A stretch of DNA of 64,000 nucleotides from Eledone cirrhosa (taxonomy: Eukaryota), in contig OZ024742.1 of NCBI GenBank assembly GCA_964016885.1, forward strand, positions 321,160,001-321,224,000. Reading direction: 5' to 3'. The notes beneath the pieces are model-generated. The model was not told where the DNA came from. It did no database searches and saw only the letters and a list, made by a program, of their open reading frames with translations. Shown here piece after piece: positions 57,930-64,000 of the stretch. How positions within the stretch are numbered: position 1 is the stretch's first letter; each line of letters begins with the position of its first letter. Position numbers and translations under genes: made by a program.

Positions 57930-58349
57930 TGTATACATACATAGTTGTATTGATAGAATCGTTAGAATGCCTGACAACATCTTGCGGTATTTTTCCTGCA
58001 CATTGCTTTCTGATTTCAAATCGCAGAGACCACCTTTGATTTTCAGCCTATCGTGGGTTGGTAAAATAAAGTATTAATCTAGGACGGTTGACTGATGAAA
58101 TCATAAAAACGTTCGATTGTATGTTCTGCTTTATTTTTTCTGTGTCTATGATTTCTGAGTTCAAGTCCTGCGTGGCTTACTTGTGTGGTTGACATATCCC
58201 TCCTGACTCTTGAATTCGCTTTTCGAAGTCCACTCTGAGACAAGCAAACGGCCAAGTTTCCCGTTTGAGTATACCTTCCTACTTCTTCCTCTCTGGTTCC
58301 GGAGTACCAGAAAAAATAATGGTACAATGCCAATCCTCATCTAGCTATC

Positions 58350-58441
<92 letters not shown>

Positions 58442-58451
58442 CATACATAAA

Positions 58452-59062
58452 TGGTGGCTGCCAACTTGTTTTCGAGTACGGCCACTACTTTATATCCATG
58501 TAGGAGAACCCTTACCGATGCGCTAAACAAGTGTGACTTTTTAGTCCAGCCAGCGACTTGAAAACTCTGGTACAAACACTACACCTGTGACAATTATTGA
58601 CACATAGTGCTGGGTCCATGGTACCATGTGACGACAAGTGTAGAGAGATCTCCAGATATAAAGCAATGCCTGTGCTGTGAAGCTTTTATAGTGAGCAAAG
58701 GCACTGCACAAAGCCAGTCCCACTCTCTTAACCAAAATGATATTTACAAAAAAGAATAACAAGTCAACATCATTGGATACCATCAGGGTTGCAGGTGTTA
58801 TATCAGAGTTTTCCTTCTCCTAGAATTCTGCCTTGACAAAGGCTAAGGGCTCATCTCTCCCGGTGATTTTGGATGGCCATTGACTCTTAAGAGCTCCTTT
58901 GCCCTTTGACAGGTTTTGTTTTTAGTCCTGCAGGATGTCCAAAGTCACCCTCCTCACCAAGAAACCTTGGTGGGGTTGCCAGTTTAGTCGCCAACGACCC
59001 GACCATGAGACAGGTTGTACTGGGATACATGTTACCAGTAGCACCAACTCGTGACCTGACAT
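58452..59062 (-). mobile_element. RTE-like 5'UTR-derived repeat (longer copy)
   Basis: Matches 55932-56345 and 45829-46330. Confidence 0.65.
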
Positions 59063-59379
59063 TCATAAATACATACATACATACATATATATATGTGTGT
59101 GTGTGTGTGTATGTGTGTGTATGTGTGTGTATGTGTGTGTGTGTGTATTTATGTGTATATATATATCTAAGTATAAGTATGTATACGTACATACATACAT
59201 GTATACAGGCGTACAGCAGTATGTATATATATACATACATGCACATATATATATATGTACGTATGGATTTACCGAACATTTATTATAATACTCGGTTTGT
59301 TTGTAAACAAACAGCCAGAATTACACCGTACAGTGTTTAGCAACCATCGTTGCCCTTTTGTTCAACACTGACAAAGGAA

Positions 59380-59420
59380 CGATGTACTAGTTTCAAGCTT
59401 ATTAGCTATCGTCAGCACCG
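59380..59420 (-). ncRNA. Minimal type I hammerhead (family E)
   Basis: Reverse complement of 59880-59920. Confidence 0.75.
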
Positions 59421-59879
59421 TATAGCTTCCTGCCAGATGATTGAACGTCTGAAAATATACTTTCCTAATGCATATTAATGGCTGAGCAGCCTAATTTGCA
59501 TATCGAATGAGTTAATCGGCCGGGCGCACCGAAAACGATAAATGGAAAAAATGAAACGAAATTTCATTTCTCACTCTTAGTACGGCTGTTACTTAAATAT
59601 AAGTATGTATACGTACATACATACATGTATACCGATGTACAGTAGAATGTATATATATACATACATGTACACATATATATATGTACGTATGGATTTACCG
59701 AACATTTATCAGCCGTACTAAGTGTGAGAAATGAAATTTCGTTTCATTTTTTCCATTTATCGTTTTCGGTGCGCCCGGCCGATTAACTCACTCGATATGC
59801 AAATTAGGCTGCTCAGCCGTTAATATGCATAAGGAAAGTATATACTTACAGACGTTCAATCATCTGGCAGGAAGACATA

Positions 59880-59920
59880 CGGTGCTGACGATAGCTAATA
59901 AGCTTGAAACTAGTACATCG
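59880..59920 (+). ncRNA. Minimal type I hammerhead (family E)
   Basis: CGGUG CUGACGA U AGCU AAUA AGCU U GAAA CUAG UA CAUCG. Confidence 0.78.
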
Positions 59921-60197
59921 TTCTTTTGTCAGTGTTGAACAAAAGGGCAACGATGGTTACTAAACACTGTACGGCTTAATTCGGGATGTTTGTTTGTTTA
60001 CAAACAAACCGAACATCATTATAAATGTTCGGTAAATCCATACGTACATATATATATATGTGTGCATGTATGTATGTATATACATACTACTGTACGTCTG
60101 TATACATGTATGTATGTACGTATACATACTTATATTTAAGTAACAGCCGTACTAAGAGTGAGAAATGAAATTTCGTTTCATTTTTTCCATTTATATA

Positions 60198-60988
60198 TCT
60201 AAGGATTACCGGAAAACTAATCGGCGTGTCATTAATGACATCATCGATGCTGGGTTTAAAATCACCTCTGAACTCAACATCCAGAACCGGACTGAACCTC
60301 TGGACCCTATTTCACCCCCACTTTACCCTGAAGGATCATAAACCCAATTTCGCCTACAACCCCTCTATTCGGCTTATTAACCCTACGAAGTACGATTTAG
60401 GTAGACTTAGTAAAAGGATTTTAGATAGAATTTTACCTGAAATTAGAAGCTTGGCCGCTCAGGCACTGTGAAACAATTCTTTAGCGGTGATTGATTGGTT
60501 CAATGGCATAAGCAACAAGGAACATTGCCGTTTTATCCAATTCAACATCAATAATTACTATTCCTCCATCACTTTACCACTTCTTTTTAGAGCTATCAAT
60601 TTCGCTAAAACACTCACGCTGGTTAAAGATTTCGAAGTTGATATCATCCTCAAAGCCCGTAAGTCGGTGATTAATTTCGACGACTCTATTTGGATTAAAA
60701 AATCTTATAGTATCCCATTCGACGTGAGTATGGGCGCAGCGATTCAGGCGGAAGTTACTGATCTTATCGGACTTTTCCTTCTTTTCGCCAATGTGGGTGG
60801 TGGTTTGTACCGTGATGACGGTATTTTGAGCATGACAAAGTGCGGCCCACACGCTTGCGACAGGGTCAGAAAGGAACCCACAGCCTTCTTTAAAAGCTTC
60901 AACCTCTCCATACAGGTTGAGGCCAACCTCTCGGTCGTTAATTACCTCGACATTACCCTCAATTTGTCGAATGGCTTACGCTACCTAT
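60198..60988 (+). pseudogene. Naiad-like PLE RT fragment (relative of 30130-30980)
   Basis: FTLKDHKPNF, RLINPTK, IDWF, FIQFNI..YYSSIT, PFDVSMG, GLYRDDG, VNYLDITLNL. Confidence 0.87.
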
Positions 60989-61002
60989 ATATATATATAT
61001 AT

Positions 61003-61242
61003 TTATACTTGGGGAGGGTCATATTTGTGTAATATTGCCAGAATTAATAACAGAAACCACTCACTGTTTGGTTAGTTTCGCTTCTCGCTTCTGTGTCTTT
61101 TATATCGGTAATCTAACTTACTCGGTAAGTTAGATTACCGATATAAAAGACACAGAAGCGAGAAGCGAAAACCAACCAAACAGTGAGTGTGTTCTGTTAT
61201 TAATTTTGGCAATATTACACAAATATGACCCTCCCCAAGTAT

Positions 61243-61250
<8 letters not shown>
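61003..61250. mobile_element. Mini fold-back of the family B pLTR terminus
   Basis: Palindrome centred at about 61123; termini TTATACTTGGGGAGGGTCAT. Confidence 0.85.
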
Positions 61251-61329
<79 letters not shown>

Positions 61330-61554
61330 GTATATATATATATATATATATCGTTTCTGAATTTGTTTAGCAAGATTCTTTATCTGAAAACGTGTGTTGA
61401 AACCTATATTGTTATACTTTGAGGGGTCATGTTGCCAATAAGAAACAGACGCACCAGTTGCTTTCACTTCAATTTATTATAATAAATTTATAAATTTACG
61501 AATTTATAAATTTCCGGTTGGTTGGTTTCACAACCAGATGGTTGTTTATATATT

Positions 61555-61596
61555 GTCAAGTTCTTTCGTCACACATTCCGTGACCTCTTCAGTGAC
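61555..61596 (-). ncRNA. Hammerhead copy lacking one U at the cleavage site
   Basis: GUCA CUGAAGA G GUCAC GGAAUGU GUGAC GAAA GAAC U UGAC. Confidence 0.6.
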
Positions 61597-61755
61597 TGGG
61601 GATTCTTTTCTTTGTTTTTGTTTTTTTTTTGTTTTGTTTTTTGTGCCTCTCCTTTGTTCTGTCCTACGCCATCTTGTTTTGTGTGTCACACAAAAACAAG
61701 ATGGCGTAGGACAGAACAAAGGAGAGGCACAAAAAAACAAAGAAAAGAATCCCCA

Positions 61756-61798
61756 GTCACTGAAGAGGTCACAGAATGTGTGACGAAAGAACTTTGAC
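61756..61798 (+). ncRNA. Minimal type I hammerhead ribozyme
   Basis: GUCA CUGAAGA G GUCAC AGAAUGU GUGAC GAAA GAAC UU UGAC. Confidence 0.8.
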
Positions 61799-61940
61799 AA
61801 TATATAAACAACCATCTGGTTGTGAAACCAACCAACCGGAAATTTATAAATTCCTAAATTTATAAATTTATTATAATAAATTGAAGTGAAAGCAACTGGT
61901 GCGTGTGTTTCTTATTGGCAACATGACCCTCCCAAAGTAT

Positions 61941-62007
<67 letters not shown>

Positions 62008-62027
62008 TGTGTGTATATGTGTGTGTG

Positions 62028-62650
62028 TGGAGAATAAGATGGCTGCGTAGTTTCTAGTTAAGGTAGGCTTAAAAATAAGAATAAGAAGACAGCAAGAACG
62101 GGGGGTCCTCATCGGTTGTCTACTGGGGGTCTCGGATATTTCAACGCTTTAAAGACAATATATCTTCCCCAGAGCGTTCAATAACTAGGTAAGTTATTGG
62201 GAAAACGGAGGAGTGAGGGAAAGAAAATAGAAGGGAAAAGGGGAAAAAAGGGAAGAAAAGAGAAAAACACCGGAAAAAAATAACAAACCGGAGAATGTGC
62301 GAGCAGCTTGAAGAAAGAAACTCCGAGTCCACATCGGTAGCTTAACATAAGTTCTAGAGCGTGTGGACGAACGAAAAGACGTGTCTGATCTCAATGAGAG
62401 TAAGTGAGAAAAGAATTGTTAGGGGGTCAGGTGAGAGAAACAATGAGGTGGCTGGCAGAGAGAGGGTGAGTGAAAGTGAGAGGGAGAAATGGAGAGAAAG
62501 AAAGAGGGGCAAGAGTAGATAGCAACGAAATAGGTAGGTAGAAAGAGCGAAACGACGGGTCACAGCGAAGATACGTGTACCGCCTAAGCGTAACTATCTG
62601 GCAGGATCTGTGTGAGATAATAAGTGATGAAGCTACCCCTTTCAATTACA
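62028..62650 (-). mobile_element. Non-coding pLTR-like element (family G'')
   Basis: Same layout as family G: motif next to a purine-rich plus-strand tract, adjacent to a microsatellite. Confidence 0.55.
62105..62179 (-). ncRNA. Rearranged hammerhead candidate (U4C core mutation)
   Basis: GA ACGCU CUGGGG AA GAUAU A UUGUC UUUAA AGCGU U GAA AUAUC CGAGAC CCCCAG UA GACAA CCGAUGA GGAC. Confidence 0.7.
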
Positions 62651-63108
62651 GGTATAGTCATTCTTGTAGTATTGTGTAAAATGATTGAGTATCCCATAGA
62701 CAGCTGTACCCGTAACATAATTCCCAATCTGTATCAGCGTAATATTATGTGACAAAAGTAGACTTTTGAACCATAACATAAGTACAATCTAATTTTATTA
62801 TGCTGTAAGTGCCTGAGTGTTCCACAGACGTGCATACTCTTAACATAATTCTCAAGCTTAGTCAGCGTAACACAAGTAGTTCGTGACAAGACTGGGTGTT
62901 TGAATTACAAGTTTTTGACATACACATTTTGACATTCAAACAAGGATCGTGTTGAGCTGAGGATTTAAGAAATACACTTGCTCAAAATACTACACTGGGG
63001 GACAAACATGGGGCTCCATGAATGCGAAGCAAACTTCTTAACTACTCAGCAATCATTACATAGACAAATATACACGAGCACACACATACACATACGCACA
63101 CACACACA

Positions 63109-63432
<324 letters not shown>

Positions 63433-63589
63433 TATATATACTCGACGTCATGTTACTTCTTCAAAATAAAGATGACAGAGTATGATTAAAATGAGGAACT
63501 TCGCATTTTCCTCATTCTATATACATATACACAGACATATATATCGTTGTTGTTGGTACATTCGATCTACCGAACAGGGTGTTCATGAG

Positions 63590-63775
63590 ATTAACATTCA
63601 AGTGACTGAGAATTCCACGAACATGTGTACCCTTAACGCAGTCCACATGCAAATTCGGTGTGAAATAGTACGTAAAATATGATGTCTTGCTCAAGGACAC
63701 AACGCGTCGCCTATAATCGAACTCACATCCTTACGATCGTAAGCCGAATACCCTAAAGACTAAGCCAAGCACTTT
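63590..63775 (-). mobile_element. SINE type S2
   Basis: GTCTTGCTCAAGGACACAACGCG..AATCGAACTCAC..CTAAGCCA. Confidence 0.7.
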
Positions 63776-63808
63776 AACTGTATATATATATGTGTGTGTG
63801 CCTGTGTA

Positions 63809-63847
<39 letters not shown>

Positions 63848-63871
63848 ATATATTTATTTATATATATATAT

Positions 63872-64000
63872 ATAACGAAGGAAGGGTGGTAAGGAACCAG
63901 AAGGATCATAACGCACCAGAGTACTCAATACTTAGGGTAGTAGAGTGGGTAATAGGAAAATGTTCAAGACCCCGACGGCAGAACTCAAGCCGTTTCGACG
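63872..64000 (-). mobile_element. Family H element (runs off the window end)
   Basis: Tail plus GACCCCGACGGCAGAACTCAAGCCGTTTCGACG. Confidence 0.8.

Larger units (their letters stand above)
59165..60195. mobile_element. Family E tandem plus inverted array (434-bp monomer)
   Basis: Minus arm 59165-59710 is longer than one monomer; plus arm 59711-60195 has AGCCGTACTAAG at 59711 and 60145. Confidence 0.9.
61351..61950. mobile_element. Fold-back PLE pLTR element (family I, B-related)
   Basis: 61406-61680 is inverted against about 61690-61948; tail 61351-61405 resembles the family B tail. Confidence 0.88.

Noticed and set aside
58860-59062. HDV-like or twister ribozyme at the RTE-like 5' end (also 45829-45900)
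   Set aside because: Hairpins and GAGGAGGG are present, but the required pseudoknot and core motifs could not be assembled by eye

Overview
Eukaryotic, extremely microsatellite-rich ((TA)n, (CA)n, (GATA)n, (TAG)n) intergenic or intronic DNA. No host protein-coding gene is supportable, and nearly all listed ORFs are translated microsatellites. The SINE types and repeat content suggest an octopus-like cephalopod genome (inference). Retroelement content: a near full-length, frameshifted Tx1/L1-type LINE plus a truncated relative, both in (GATA)n; fragments of at least three Penelope-like element (PLE) lineages (GIY-YIG endonuclease and RT, including Naiad-like); RTE and R4/Dong-like LINE relics; and two tRNA-derived SINE types. 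DNA-element content: a Helitron/Helentron-like element and a Tc1/pogo-like MITE. The window also holds about ten short non-coding families, inserted in (TA)n as fold-back palindromes or partial tandems of 430-720 nt monomers, most carrying a hammerhead ribozyme. The main discovery candidate is a non-circularly permuted, pseudoknotted hammerhead motif. It occurs in three divergent families (1567-1642, 29756-29832, 62105-62179) with compensatory changes in all four helices, and two truncated copies begin at the predicted cleavage site. Other hammerhead variants seen are a U3-A8 core, a very long stem II and a U.U closing pair. All structures were derived by eye and need covariance-model and biochemical confirmation.
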